Positions 10,086 through 20,801 of a stretch of DNA of 64,000 nucleotides are shown in pieces; the first letter of the stretch is position 1, and every line of letters starts with the position of its first letter. This stretch comes from Minisyncoccia bacterium (GTDB lineage Bacteria; Patescibacteriota; Minisyncoccia; Phycocordibacterales; JAACPR01), in the NCBI GenBank assembly GCA_041740795.1, contig JBGSLH010000011.1, forward strand, positions 3,875-67,874, in the 5' to 3' direction. The position numbers and the translations under genes are program-made. The notes beneath the pieces were generated by a model, which saw nothing but the letters and a program-made list of their open reading frames with translations, was not told where the DNA came from and ran no database searches.

Positions 10086-10652
10086 ATGCATTGGTTTACA
10101 GACGTCTTGAAACAATATGCAGTGTTCACTGGACGAGCGACAAGGTAACAGTACTGGATGTTCGTGCTCTTCAGTTTTCTTATAAGTATAGTAATTTCAA
10201 TAATTGAAAGTCCGTTTGATACGGAAATTTTGACCAATATTTACACTATCGCCGTGTTGCTTCCAAGTATAGGACTATCCATCCGTCGTTTACACGATTC
10301 GGGAAGGTCAGGATGGTGGGTACTGATCCCTTGTGTGTTAGTTCTTCCAATTGCTTGGTATGTTGTTGCTCAATTATATTTTACACAACCGACCATATTA
10401 ATATCTGCAGTTTTTGCTGGGATATCTATAATTGCAGTCACTCTGTATATTATTTACCTATACTGTATACCTTCCCAACCTGGCACCAACCAGTATGGTC
10501 CAAATCCAAAAGGCGTAACAGTACCTGCTCCAACTCCATCTGCTCCTGTTGTAGAAAAAGCTCCTGAAGCTCCACTTGCACAGGAGGATGAAGTTGTGAT
10601 CAATGATATTTCTGTTGCAGAGCCTGTGGTTTATCCTGAAGAAAAAGTCTAG
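10086..10652 (+). pseudogene. DUF805 family inner-membrane protein interrupted by an in-frame TAA at 10146-10148; the intact remainder is ORF 10158-10652
   Basis: Reading from ATG 10086 gives MHWFTDVLKQYAVFTGRATR*QYWMFVLFSFL. This is the canonical DUF805 N-terminus (..VLK.YA.F.GRA.R.EYWMF) with a stop where K/R normally sits. RRLHDSGRSGWW lies further downstream. Confidence 0.55.
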
Positions 10653-11308
10653 TGCGCGATTGAGACGAAGAACATTCGTTCGACTGATGCGGCGCAGCCT
10701 GAAAGGCTGCGCCGCATTTCCTTGTACGTTGCACCGGTTGTGAATACATCATCAATGATAGAAAAATACGCATGCTCTGCATCATGTTTTGTAATGCACG
10801 TCCACATCGTGTTCTTGATCATATTGAAGCGTTTTCTTTTACCTTTCGTATCATGCAGACGTTTTGTCTTTTTTACTTTTGATATACAAGGGAAGACACG
10901 GAGCGCGATATCTGGATACGAACGCTTGATCGCTTTTTCTATGAATGTTGCTAATGTTGTCGTGTGACAGAATCCTTTCTCTTTAGTTTTCGAAATGTGT
11001 TGTGGAACTGGAACGAGATAGAATACCGTGTCATTCTCTGCTTCGTGTATCTTTCTCACAATCCATTGTCCCAATATCTTCCCAAACAGTCGTGCGACTT
11101 CATGCGAGTCGCGTTCCTTGAGTTCAAAGATGCAGTCACGGACAAACGGGTCCTTGTAGTAGAACGGATAGAACATTCGCTCGTGCTTTTGTGGTCTCGG
11201 AGTCAGTTTGGATTCGAACTGCAGCTGCGAGCACGTCGACAGGTACGTCTGTAGGTGCGTCCTTGGGAACAACATGTCAATAATCACAGGTATTATTTTG
11301 TTTACCAT
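10649..11308 (-). CDS. comF: ComF family phosphoribosyltransferase-fold protein
   Basis: The C-terminal YFSIIDDVFTTGATYKEMRRSL is the PRTase/ComF motif. The gene is divergent from the pilus operon. Confidence 0.7.
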   Translation of the reverse strand: MVNKIIPVIIDMLFPRTHLQTYLSTCSQLQFESKLTPRPQKHERMFYPFYYKDPFVRDCIFELKERDSHEVARLFGKILGQWIVRKIHEAENDTVFYLVPVPQHISKTKEKGFCHTTTLATFIEKAIKRSYPDIALRVFPCISKVKKTKRLHDTKGKRKRFNMIKNTMWTCITKHDAEHAYFSIIDDVFTTGATYKEMRRSLSGCAASVERMFFVSIAH

Positions 11309-11315
11309 GAGACAA

Positions 11316-11324
11316 TGATATAAT
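11316..11324 (+). promoter_or_regulatory. Extended -10 element (TGaTATAAT) upstream of pilM
   Basis: tgatataat lies 14 nt upstream of ATG 11339. Confidence 0.4.
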
Positions 11325-11338
11325 CAAACATATATTCT

Positions 11339-12463
11339 ATGGCTAACTTTCTTGATAATTTCTTTAACAGTTTTTCAAAAAGCAAAAATCCGAGCGTCGT
11401 TGGAATTGATATCGGTTCTGCATCAATCAAGGTAGTACAGCTCAAAAGACAGAAGGGCCGCGCAGTTCTTGAAACATACGGAGAGATCGCACTTGGTCCG
11501 TATGCAGGGACTCAGATCGGACGTTCCACCAAACTTTCTTCCGACAAGATTGCGCAGGCACTTACTGACGTGCTTCGAGAAGCCAATGTAAACACAGTCG
11601 ATTCTGCAATCTCAATCCCAATGCGCTCAAGTATGGTGTCTATTATTACACTGCCCAAGCTTGATGAAAAACAGATGTCACAAATGGTTCCGATTGAGGC
11701 ACGCAAATATATCCCTGTTCCAATTTCTGAAGTCTCACTCGACTGGTTCGTGATTCCGAAGCTTGAAAGTGAGGATGAAAAAATCGAAGAAGTCGATGGT
11801 AAAAAACTACCACTTGCAGATGTACTTGTAGTTGCGATTCATAACGATGTGCTTAATGACTTCAGTTCCATTGTCTCTCTCGCAAAACTCAATACTACTT
11901 TTTTTGAAATCGAAATGTTCAGCACTATCCGTTCCGTCATTGATGCCGAAGATGCTCCTAACTCCATCCTCGTGTTCGACATGGGTGCATCCGCGACCAA
12001 GATTTACATCGTGGAGCGGGGAATCGTAAAGGAATCGCATGTTATAGGCAAAGGTTCACAGGACATAACCCTCAATATTGCGAATGCTCTCGGTATTCCA
12101 ATTGAACTTGCCGAAAAGTTGAAACGAAACTTCGGACACAACACTCCCGACCAGGACAAGAAGATCGAAGAAATTATCGACCTGACACTTTCTACACTAT
12201 TTGGACAGACCAATGCAACAATCGTGAACTATGGACGCAAGTTCAACAGGATTGTTTCCAAGATGATGCTTGTTGGTGGAGGATCTCTACTTAACACGAT
12301 GAAGGAACGCGCACAGGAACGGGTCGGAATTACTGTTCAAATGGCAAATCCTTTTGCACGGACGCAGACGCCTGCTTTTTTGCAAGATGTTCTTGCCCAA
12401 ACAGGCTCTGCCTTTGCGACTGCAGTCGGACTTGCGCTTCGCAAACTTCAGGAGATCGAATAA
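11339..12463 (+). CDS. pilM: Type IV pilus assembly protein PilM (actin-like ATPase fold)
   Basis: VVGIDIGSASIKVVQLKRQKG plus LVFDMGASATKIYIV. The gene heads the pilus cluster. Confidence 0.85.
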   Translation: MANFLDNFFNSFSKSKNPSVVGIDIGSASIKVVQLKRQKGRAVLETYGEIALGPYAGTQIGRSTKLSSDKIAQALTDVLREANVNTVDSAISIPMRSSMVSIITLPKLDEKQMSQMVPIEARKYIPVPISEVSLDWFVIPKLESEDEKIEEVDGKKLPLADVLVVAIHNDVLNDFSSIVSLAKLNTTFFEIEMFSTIRSVIDAEDAPNSILVFDMGASATKIYIVERGIVKESHVIGKGSQDITLNIANALGIPIELAEKLKRNFGHNTPDQDKKIEEIIDLTLSTLFGQTNATIVNYGRKFNRIVSKMMLVGGGSLLNTMKERAQERVGITVQMANPFARTQTPAFLQDVLAQTGSAFATAVGLALRKLQEIE

Positions 12464-12517
12464 GTTAATAAAAAATGTTGTGTCCTGAACTAAAGGGACA
12501 TATAATGAGACCAAGTT

Positions 12518-13150
12518 ATGGATAATCAAATTAAAACTTCTTTTATACCTCGAAAGGCTCTTGATACGTCCGTGAATTTTCAATCAAATTCGTCCGTATC
12601 GCATCGCAAGGTAGGGAAGACAATTTTTTCTCTTATTGCAACACTTGTTCTCCTTGGGACAATGATCGGATATGGTCTGACATTCGTCTGGCAGATCAAG
12701 CTCAAAAAAGACATTGCCAATCAAGTTGTTGCGATGCAAGCAGTACGTGATAATTTTGACGAAAAATTCGTTCAGGATGCATCTCGCTTAAATACACGAA
12801 TCGAAGAGGCGGGCAGCATCCTTCAAAACCACGTTTCTCCATCTTCGTTATATGGACTTCTTGAAGACTATACGCTTCAGACAATTTCGTTCTCCAGATT
12901 TTCTTTCAAGGACAACCAGGATGGGACTCTGGATATAACAGGGTCCGGAGTCGCGGCGAGATATGAATCAATCGTACTACAGTCGGATGCGTTCGGTCAG
13001 AGTGGGTATCTGCGAAACGTTATCTTTACTGATCTCCGACCTGACCAAAACGGTTCAAATGTGAACTTCTCATTTGAAGCAACACTTGATCCAAAACTTA
13101 TACTGTACAGAAACGCACTGGCAGCTTCCAAAGCACAACCAATCAATTAA
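12518..13150 (+). CDS. PilN-like bitopic pilus assembly protein
   Basis: Single N-proximal TM helix (IFSLIATLVLLGTMIGYGLTFVW) and a position immediately after pilM. The assignment is positional. Confidence 0.5.
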   Translation: MDNQIKTSFIPRKALDTSVNFQSNSSVSHRKVGKTIFSLIATLVLLGTMIGYGLTFVWQIKLKKDIANQVVAMQAVRDNFDEKFVQDASRLNTRIEEAGSILQNHVSPSSLYGLLEDYTLQTISFSRFSFKDNQDGTLDITGSGVAARYESIVLQSDAFGQSGYLRNVIFTDLRPDQNGSNVNFSFEATLDPKLILYRNALAASKAQPIN

Positions 13151-13151
13151 T

Positions 13152-13748
13152 ATGAAAAGTCTCACTCCAATAATTTTTATAGTCATCTCGATCGCAATAT
13201 TTCTGTTCCTTATTGATCCTCAATACAAAAAAATCCAGCAGACCAGTGCTGAGATTGAGCAGAACGACAAGACACTTGAGATCGCGAACAAACTCAAATC
13301 AAAAAAAGACGAACTGAATGTTAGATTCAACCAGATTTCTCAATCAGAAAAAGTAGAACTCGAAAAACTTCTTCCTGACACTGTTGATAACGTTCGACTT
13401 ATCATCGATATAAATAACATTGCCAACCAGTTCGGTATTGTGATCAGGGACATCAGTATTGATACTAAGGAAGGTGATGTGAGCACTTCAAAATCAGTCG
13501 TGTCACAAAGTTCAAATTTTGAAGGAGTACTCAAGGATGATTCCATTAAGTATGTCGATACATCCAAAATCGGAGTCATTACATTTTCTTTTTCTGTTTC
13601 AGCAAAATATGAGGTATTCCTTGAATTCCTCAATCAACTTGAAGAATCTCTTCGAATCGTGGACATCCGTAACATAGAGATTTCGCAAGGGAGCGGAGGT
13701 GTGTTCTATGATTACAAGATTACGCTTGATACATACTGGCTAAAATAA
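13152..13748 (+). CDS. PilO-like bitopic pilus assembly protein
   Basis: The internal start ATG 13152 (MKSLTPIIFIVISIAIFLFLIDP) sits 1 nt after the previous stop. TM plus coiled-coil, in the PilO position. Confidence 0.5.
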   Translation: MKSLTPIIFIVISIAIFLFLIDPQYKKIQQTSAEIEQNDKTLEIANKLKSKKDELNVRFNQISQSEKVELEKLLPDTVDNVRLIIDINNIANQFGIVIRDISIDTKEGDVSTSKSVVSQSSNFEGVLKDDSIKYVDTSKIGVITFSFSVSAKYEVFLEFLNQLEESLRIVDIRNIEISQGSGGVFYDYKITLDTYWLK

Positions 13749-13759
13749 TATACGCAATT

Positions 13760-14200
13760 ATGACACCCAAACTCAAAAAAATAATCTTGACAGTTGTCGT
13801 CCTTATAGCTCTTTTTATAATCTACGCCGTTTTTATAAAGCCTGATCCTGTGAATGAACCTCTTGTGAGTGGACGACCAGCCGCAGGAACTGTCGGACAA
13901 GAAGATGCCCAGACGCTTGGTAATCAGATATCACAAGCACTTCTTCGGATCGAACAGATCAAGCTCGACAAGTCTATCTTCAATAACGACATCTACCGCT
14001 CCCTTCAAGATCGGAGTCAGCCAATTACCGATGAGCCTATCGGACGTCCTAACCCGTTTGCACCTCTTGGAGACATGTCGAACATACGATCAAGCGTGCG
14101 TTCGGATATCACTGCAAGCTCGTCTTCTGCCACAACAACCGCTCCAAAAACAACAACTCCTTCTTCAAACCAAATACCTGTCTCTGGTCCAAGTAACTAA
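13760..14200 (+). CDS. Small TM protein of the pilus cluster (Ser/Thr/Pro-rich C-terminus)
   Basis: ORF with an N-terminal TM helix, wedged between the pilO-like gene and pilB. Confidence 0.35.
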   Translation: MTPKLKKIILTVVVLIALFIIYAVFIKPDPVNEPLVSGRPAAGTVGQEDAQTLGNQISQALLRIEQIKLDKSIFNNDIYRSLQDRSQPITDEPIGRPNPFAPLGDMSNIRSSVRSDITASSSSATTTAPKTTTPSSNQIPVSGPSN

Positions 14201-14206
14201 AACCAC

Positions 14207-15916
14207 ATGAGTTTCCTTAATTTTCTTGCCACAAAAAACATACTTCCTGCGGATCAAATTCCTTTTCTCAAGGAACAGATCAAGTCTGCGGACTATTCAC
14301 TTGATACTGTCTTATTATCCGGTGGAATGGAAAAAGAGCACCTCCTCGAACTGAAAGGAGAATATTTTGGTGTACCGTATAAGAGTCTTGAGAGTTACAA
14401 CGTACCGTACGACATTCTCAAATACATTCCCGAAGAATCCGCGATACACTACAAGATTGTTCCACTCGGAATTAACGAGAATGTTCTCGAGGTAGGAATC
14501 GTGAACCCAGAAAGCATTGAGGCTCGTGATGCACTTAATTTTATTACGACCAAGGAAGACCTGCCTTTCAAATTGTTCCTCATATCGGAAGATGACTTCA
14601 TAAAAGTACTCGAGATCTACAAAGGTATCTCAGGGCAGGTGAATCAAGCACTTACTGAACTCGAATCTGAACTTTCTGATGAAGAAAAAGAAATCAAGAA
14701 GCAGCTAGAAGGAAAAGGTGATGACACTCATCTCGTCGAAGATGCGCCTGTGACCAAAATTGTGGCAACAATTCTCAGGTACGCTGTAGAATACGGAGCA
14801 TCCGACGTCCATGTTGAACCGCTTAGTGACAAGATCCGTGTGCGATTTCGAATTGATGGGATTCTCAACACGAGTATTGTACTTCCATCTAATGTGGAAG
14901 GCGCAGTTGCTGCTCGAATCAAGATTCTTGCACAGATGAAGCTTGATGAAAAAAGAAAACCACAAGACGGAAGATTCCAGGCACGTATTGATGGTCGTAA
15001 GATTGACTTCCGTGTCTCTACCTTCCCAACATATTTTGGTGAAAAGGTTGTAATGAGAATTCTCGACCAACATAAGGGAGTAAAAAAAATGGATGAACTT
15101 GGACTTTCTTCACGATACCTCGAGATGCTCAAGGGTGCGATCAAGAGACCGTACGGTATGATTCTTATTTCTGGTCCGACAGGTTCAGGAAAATCAACGA
15201 CGCTGTACTCCGTTCTTCAAGAGCTTGATGCTGGTACTAAAAATATTCTTTCGCTTGAAGATCCTGTCGAGTATACAGTTGATGGAGTGAATCAATCTCA
15301 AGTTCGCTCTGATATCGGATATACGTTTGCAAACGGACTCCGAACTACGCTTCGACAAGATCCTGATATCATCATGGTAGGAGAGATTCGAGATGGGGAG
15401 ACTGCAAAGCTTGCAATCCAGGCTGCACTTACGGGTCACCTTGTACTTTCTACAATTCACACCAACACGGCGTGCGGTATTGTGCCTCGACTTATCGATA
15501 TGGGTGTCGATCCGTACCTTATTCCACCGACACTTATTCTGGGTGTGGCTCAACGTCTCGTACGTAAACTGTGTCCTAACAGTGGTGAACTCATGATGAT
15601 TGAAGGAAGTTCAAAGGCGATGATCGAAAAACAATTCGCAGACCTGCCCGAACAGTTCAGAAGTGAAATTCCGAATGGAAGTGACATGATGAAGATCAAG
15701 CCGAGTGCTGATTGTCCAAACGGAACAAAGGGACGTGAAGCTGTGTTCGAAATGTTCCCGATGAGCAAAGAAATCGAGACTGTAATCCTCAAGAATCCTG
15801 TCGAATCCGAAATTTACAAAGTTGCACGAAGCCAAGGTCTCATTACGATGAAGGAGGATGCGATTCGAAAGGCAATGCAGAAAATTATCCCATTCGAGGA
15901 AGTTAACGAATTATAA
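14207..15916 (+). CDS. pilB: Type IV pilus extension ATPase PilB (GspE family)
   Basis: Walker A ISGPTGSGKSTTL, MVGEIRD, and the LTGHLVLSTIHTN His box. Confidence 0.9.
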   Translation: MSFLNFLATKNILPADQIPFLKEQIKSADYSLDTVLLSGGMEKEHLLELKGEYFGVPYKSLESYNVPYDILKYIPEESAIHYKIVPLGINENVLEVGIVNPESIEARDALNFITTKEDLPFKLFLISEDDFIKVLEIYKGISGQVNQALTELESELSDEEKEIKKQLEGKGDDTHLVEDAPVTKIVATILRYAVEYGASDVHVEPLSDKIRVRFRIDGILNTSIVLPSNVEGAVAARIKILAQMKLDEKRKPQDGRFQARIDGRKIDFRVSTFPTYFGEKVVMRILDQHKGVKKMDELGLSSRYLEMLKGAIKRPYGMILISGPTGSGKSTTLYSVLQELDAGTKNILSLEDPVEYTVDGVNQSQVRSDIGYTFANGLRTTLRQDPDIIMVGEIRDGETAKLAIQAALTGHLVLSTIHTNTACGIVPRLIDMGVDPYLIPPTLILGVAQRLVRKLCPNSGELMMIEGSSKAMIEKQFADLPEQFRSEIPNGSDMMKIKPSADCPNGTKGREAVFEMFPMSKEIETVILKNPVESEIYKVARSQGLITMKEDAIRKAMQKIIPFEEVNEL

Positions 15917-15937
15917 TTCGTGATATACTGAATTCAT

Positions 15938-16321
15938 ATGACAGACATCAACACACCCAAAAAAATAGTAATTATCGACGATGATACATTTTTGCTCGAC
16001 ATGTATGTGACCAAATTCAAGAAAGCCGAATTCGAAGTACTTGCATTTTCTTCAGCCCAAGAGGCGTTGGAAAAAATAAAAGAAGAACCTAAGCTCGATG
16101 CAATTATCTTTGATATTATTATGCCTAACATGGACGGATGGACCTTTGCTCGAGAATATCGCAAACTCAACCTTCATCCTGAAGCCAAATTCATCGTGCT
16201 TAGTAACCAGAGTCAACAGGCTGATATTGATATCGGAAAGGAATTGAAAGTAGATCTTTTTATCGTAAAAGCGCTCAAGACACCGACCGAAGTGGTGCAG
16301 GATGTTAATGCAATACTATAA
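15938..16321 (+). CDS. Stand-alone response-regulator receiver domain protein
   Basis: KIVIIDDD...IIFDIIMPNMDGW...VLSN...K is the CheY-like pattern. The gene is embedded between pilB and pilT. Confidence 0.8.
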   Translation: MTDINTPKKIVIIDDDTFLLDMYVTKFKKAEFEVLAFSSAQEALEKIKEEPKLDAIIFDIIMPNMDGWTFAREYRKLNLHPEAKFIVLSNQSQQADIDIGKELKVDLFIVKALKTPTEVVQDVNAIL

Positions 16322-16323
16322 TT

Positions 16324-17385
16324 ATGGAATACAAGACATTTTTGGAAAAACTTCTCGATGCAGTCATTACCCAAAGTGGATCAGACTTGCACTTTTCCCA
16401 AGGACGGTATCCGACGATTCGAGTGAACGGAGACCTAGTTCCACTTCTCAATACCAAGATGCTCGAGAAAGATGACACAATCGGCATCTTAAAACATCTC
16501 GTTTCGAAAGAACGACTTGAGATGTTTGAAAAGGATCTTGAGCTCAACTTTGCATACGAATATACAGGAGGTCACCGTTTTAGAGGAAGTGCATTCGTGC
16601 AGCAGGGCAAGGTCGGAGTAGTCCTTCGACTCATTGCGAACAATATTCCAACTCTCGCTGAGCTTAACTTACCCGAGAGCCTCAATGATTTCTGTCGAAA
16701 AAAACAGGGATTCTTTTTGACTGTAGGTCCTGTTGGTCAAGGTAAGTCAACGACGCTCGCTTCCATGATCGAGCAGATCAATCAAGAACGTGCGCAGCAT
16801 ATCATCACGATCGAGCAACCAATTGAATATGTGTATACGCAAAAAAAATCTATCATCGATCAACGCGAAGTTCCCCTCGATACTCAGGATTTTTATACAG
16901 GACTTATCGGAACACTTAGACAGGACGTTGATGTGATTCTTGTTGGTGAGATGCGCGACAAAGAGACAATCCAAGCAGCGGTAACAGCTGCTGAGACAGG
17001 ACACCTTGTATTTTCGACCCTCCATACCAACAATGCAGCACAGACAATAGATAGAATCATTGATTCATTCCCTGCAGAACAACAAGATCAGATCAGGACA
17101 CAACTTTCGACGTCGCTCCTTGGAATATTTTCACAACGTCTCATCCCTCGAATTTCTGGAGGAATGGTTCCTGCATTTGAACTTCTTCTTAATAATTCTG
17201 CGGTCGCCAACTTGATTCGTGAAAAACGTACTCACGAGATCGATGCGGTAATCGAAACGGGACGAGACATGGGAATGGTGGACATGAACCGAACCCTCGC
17301 GGACCTTGTTCGACGAGGCGAGATTACTGCCGAAGACGCGTTCGCGTATTCACTCAAGCCGAGCATTTTGGAAAAATTAATGTAG
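16324..17385 (+). CDS. pilT: Twitching-motility retraction ATPase PilT
   Basis: GSDLHF, Walker A VGPVGQGKSTT, VGEMRD, ETGHLVFSTLHTN. Confidence 0.9.
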   Translation: MEYKTFLEKLLDAVITQSGSDLHFSQGRYPTIRVNGDLVPLLNTKMLEKDDTIGILKHLVSKERLEMFEKDLELNFAYEYTGGHRFRGSAFVQQGKVGVVLRLIANNIPTLAELNLPESLNDFCRKKQGFFLTVGPVGQGKSTTLASMIEQINQERAQHIITIEQPIEYVYTQKKSIIDQREVPLDTQDFYTGLIGTLRQDVDVILVGEMRDKETIQAAVTAAETGHLVFSTLHTNNAAQTIDRIIDSFPAEQQDQIRTQLSTSLLGIFSQRLIPRISGGMVPAFELLLNNSAVANLIREKRTHEIDAVIETGRDMGMVDMNRTLADLVRRGEITAEDAFAYSLKPSILEKLM

Positions 17386-17392
17386 TTATCGT

Positions 17393-18604
17393 ATGGCACT
17401 TTTTGTATACAAAGCAATCGACAAGGATGGACAGGAAAAATCAGGTACGGTTGAAGCAGTGAACGTTGATGTTGCGATCGGCTCACTACAACGTCGAGGA
17501 TTTATTATTTCTGCCATCAATGAAGCCAACCAGAAAGGTGGACTCTTGAATATGAACCTTACGTTTCTTGAACGAGTAGGGAACAAGGACATTGTGATCC
17601 TTTCAAGACAACTCGCGACTCTTTTTTCTGCACAAGTATCAGCACTTCGAATCTTCAGGTTGCTTGCAGCTGAGACTGAGAATCCTAAGCTTGCCCGGGA
17701 ACTCGATGATATCGCCGAAAATCTCCAAGGTGGAAATCTCATCTCTGCTTCGATAGAACGGCACAAAGATGTTTTCTCATCTTTTTATGTATCGATGGTA
17801 AAGGCAGGAGAAGAAACAGGAAAGCTTGATGAGACATTCGTGTTTCTTGCAGACTATCTCGACAGGACATACGCAGTAACTCAGAAGGCCAAAAATGCAC
17901 TTATCTATCCGGCGTTTATTATTTTTACCTTCATCTCTGTTATGATCCTTATGCTTACGATGGTGATTCCTCGTATTGCCGACATCCTTCTCGAATCAGG
18001 ACAAGAGATCCCTGCGTATACAAAAGTCGTGATTGCTATGTCTGACCTGCTCGTACACTACGGATTCTTCATGCTTATCGGTGTCGTGGTCGCAATCTTT
18101 TCATTCATCAGATTTATTCGGACTGATGCCGGTAAGGTCGCTTTTGATGGAATCAAACTCGATATCCCGTATCTCGGTAATCTCTATAGCAAGCTGTACC
18201 TTTCTCGAATCGCGGACAACCTCAACACAATGCTTGCATCAGGTATTCCGATGATCAAGGCTCTTGAACTTACACGTGACGTGGTGGACAACCGAGTCTT
18301 CTTGCATGCGATCGAAGCAAGTCTCGAAGATGTGAAGGGAGGATCACCCGTATCTGTCGCCTTTGAGAAGCACGAACAGTTTCCCAATATTCTTATCCAG
18401 ATGATGCGCGTAGGAGAAGAGACAGGTAATCTGGGAGAAATTCTTTCAACACTTGCTAAGTTCTATCAGCGTGAAGTGACGAATGCTGTTGATACGCTTG
18501 TCGACCTCATCGAGCCGGTGATGATCATTCTTCTCGCTGTTGGAGTAGGTACGCTTCTCGCTTCAGTTCTTATTCCGATCTATAATATTAGCTCTACGTT
18601 TTAA
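17393..18604 (+). CDS. pilC: Type IV pilus platform protein PilC (GspF family)
   Basis: 403 aa with a duplicated T2SSF domain architecture and three TM blocks. It follows pilT. Confidence 0.88.
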   Translation: MALFVYKAIDKDGQEKSGTVEAVNVDVAIGSLQRRGFIISAINEANQKGGLLNMNLTFLERVGNKDIVILSRQLATLFSAQVSALRIFRLLAAETENPKLARELDDIAENLQGGNLISASIERHKDVFSSFYVSMVKAGEETGKLDETFVFLADYLDRTYAVTQKAKNALIYPAFIIFTFISVMILMLTMVIPRIADILLESGQEIPAYTKVVIAMSDLLVHYGFFMLIGVVVAIFSFIRFIRTDAGKVAFDGIKLDIPYLGNLYSKLYLSRIADNLNTMLASGIPMIKALELTRDVVDNRVFLHAIEASLEDVKGGSPVSVAFEKHEQFPNILIQMMRVGEETGNLGEILSTLAKFYQREVTNAVDTLVDLIEPVMIILLAVGVGTLLASVLIPIYNISSTF

Positions 18605-18606
18605 AT

Positions 18607-19137
18607 ATGAAAAATTACAAAATACAAGAAAATAATGGATTCACACTCATTGAACTCTTAGTGGTGATTGCAATCATCTCTCTTTTATCAAGTGTAGTGC
18701 TTGCGAGTTTGAATGAAGCAAGGGAGAAGGCAAAAACCTCTAAATTTAGACAAGAAGTTTATCAATTTATAAATGCACTTGAGCTTTATCGATCAGAAAA
18801 TGGAAAATATCCAGGGTACCCTGCTCCAGATTATTATTTTGAGTATTCTTACGTTATTAACGGTGGTTCAGTAAATGAGGTTGAGGTTGAAATATCCCCA
18901 GGATTAAAAGATCAGTTGAATAAATACATAAAAGAATTTCCAAAACCAACTAAGGACACTTCATATTTTTCATATATTTACGATGGTTATTTAAAATGTA
19001 TTGGAGATGAAGATGTTCCAGAATATATGATATTTGTCTCATCTGTGGAACCTGGATTTGATGATTGGTCAACTGGTTATGAAAATATTGATGATGGGTA
19101 TCAATACAGTGATCGTTATTGTTTCTCTTTGAAATAA
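18607..19137 (+). CDS. Type IV pilin / prepilin-type N-terminal cleavage-methylation protein
   Basis: MKNYKIQENNG|FTLIELLVVIAIISLLSSVVLASL is a class III signal peptide. Confidence 0.85.
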   Translation: MKNYKIQENNGFTLIELLVVIAIISLLSSVVLASLNEAREKAKTSKFRQEVYQFINALELYRSENGKYPGYPAPDYYFEYSYVINGGSVNEVEVEISPGLKDQLNKYIKEFPKPTKDTSYFSYIYDGYLKCIGDEDVPEYMIFVSSVEPGFDDWSTGYENIDDGYQYSDRYCFSLK

Positions 19138-19281
19138 AGGAAAGAAATCAAGCACCTTTCTCTTTCAGTTGTCCAGCAGGGCAGCTAGAGCGACGAATAA
19201 AATCGATAAATAAGAGTATTCTGATACAAGGTTAAACCCTATGGAAATTGCTAATACTCTTTAATTTGATACTATAATCCC

Positions 19282-20724
19282 ATGTCAGAAATAAAAACCC
19301 CGACCGGCAATACCTACTATCCTGTAATCGGACTCGAGGTCCATGCAGAACTCAACACCTCTTCCAAGATGTTCTCTTCTTCCAAGAATGATCCTGATGA
19401 GATGTCTCCAAATATCAATATCAACCCTGTAGATCTTGGACATCCGGGAACTCTCCCTACGATTAATAAACAGGCGATAGAGCACATGATCAAAATTGGT
19501 CTTTCTGTAAATGGAACGATTGCAAATTTTACCGAGTTCGACAGGAAGAATTATTTTTATCCTGATATTCCAAAAGGATACCAGATCAGTCAGTATAAGT
19601 ATCCGATCGTATCAGGAGGAAATCTCGCTGGTGTCGAAGTAACACGAATTCATCTTGAAGAAGATACTGGACTTTCAAAACATGATAGGGGAGATTTTTC
19701 TCTTGTCGACTTTAACCGTGCTGGAGTGCCGCTTATGGAACTTGTTACTGAACCTGTAATCTCGTCTTCATCCGAGGCTGTTGCGTTTGCAAAAGAACTT
19801 CAGCTGTTGCTTCGGTATCTCAATGTCGGAGAAGCTAATATGGAAAAAGGAGAAATGCGAGTAGAAGCAAACATCTCTGTCTCTAAAGAAAAAGGAAAGT
19901 TCGGTACGAAGGTGGAGGTAAAAAACCTGAACTCCTTCAAGTCTGTAGAAAAAGCAATTGAATTCGAACTTGATCGGATGATCTCACTGTTCGAAGCAGG
20001 GCAAGAAGATACCATTGTACAAGAGACTCGAGGTTGGGACGAGACGAAACAGAAGACATTTTCACAACGAAAGAAAGAATCATCGGACGACTATCGTTAT
20101 TTTCCTGAACCCGATCTTCCTAAGTTGTACCTGCATGAACTTTTTGATCTGGAAAAAATTGCTGCGGAGACTCCTGAAATTCCATCACAGATGCGTGTAC
20201 GATTCGCCGGGCAGTACAATCTTAATGAAAAGGAAATCGAGATATATGTGCAGAACAGACATCTCGCACTGTTCCTTGAAGAAATTGCCACAAAGATCCC
20301 CGACATGATTGTTCTACAGAAAGCTTCAAACTTTATTCTCTCTGATATCGTGTACGTTCTCGAAAAGGAGGAAGGGGCGACACTGCCAAAAACAGATGCG
20401 TTTGTCGCACTCTGTAATATGTTCGCAGGTGGAACACTGACTTCCCGTGCCACAAAAGATATCCTGCTTCTTGCGATGACCTCCGTGACTGAGATTGATC
20501 CCGAATCGTACGCAACCGAACATGGCTTGCTCCAGCAAAACAATGCCGATGATCTTCGTCCAGTAATTGAAAAGATAATTGCAGATAATCCAAAAGGTGT
20601 GGAAGAATACAAGGCAGGAAAGGAAACCGTGTTGCAGTTCTTTTTGGGTCAGGTGATGAAGGAAACAAAAGGGAGTGCAAATCCTGCAACGAGTCTTGAA
20701 CTTCTAAAAGAATTACTTTCATAA
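19282..20724 (+). CDS. gatB: Asp-tRNA(Asn)/Glu-tRNA(Gln) amidotransferase subunit B
   Basis: VIGLEVHAELNT, NRAGVPLMELVTEP and a C-terminal YqeY-like tail, as in full-length GatB. Confidence 0.9.
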   Translation: MSEIKTPTGNTYYPVIGLEVHAELNTSSKMFSSSKNDPDEMSPNININPVDLGHPGTLPTINKQAIEHMIKIGLSVNGTIANFTEFDRKNYFYPDIPKGYQISQYKYPIVSGGNLAGVEVTRIHLEEDTGLSKHDRGDFSLVDFNRAGVPLMELVTEPVISSSSEAVAFAKELQLLLRYLNVGEANMEKGEMRVEANISVSKEKGKFGTKVEVKNLNSFKSVEKAIEFELDRMISLFEAGQEDTIVQETRGWDETKQKTFSQRKKESSDDYRYFPEPDLPKLYLHELFDLEKIAAETPEIPSQMRVRFAGQYNLNEKEIEIYVQNRHLALFLEEIATKIPDMIVLQKASNFILSDIVYVLEKEEGATLPKTDAFVALCNMFAGGTLTSRATKDILLLAMTSVTEIDPESYATEHGLLQQNNADDLRPVIEKIIADNPKGVEEYKAGKETVLQFFLGQVMKETKGSANPATSLELLKELLS

Positions 20725-20801
20725 CGTAAGATAAAATAAAAATAAAGTATAAAACTGGCTTGTGGAAAAGTCAGTTTTTGATTGTGCTACCATTGAGAGT
20801 A

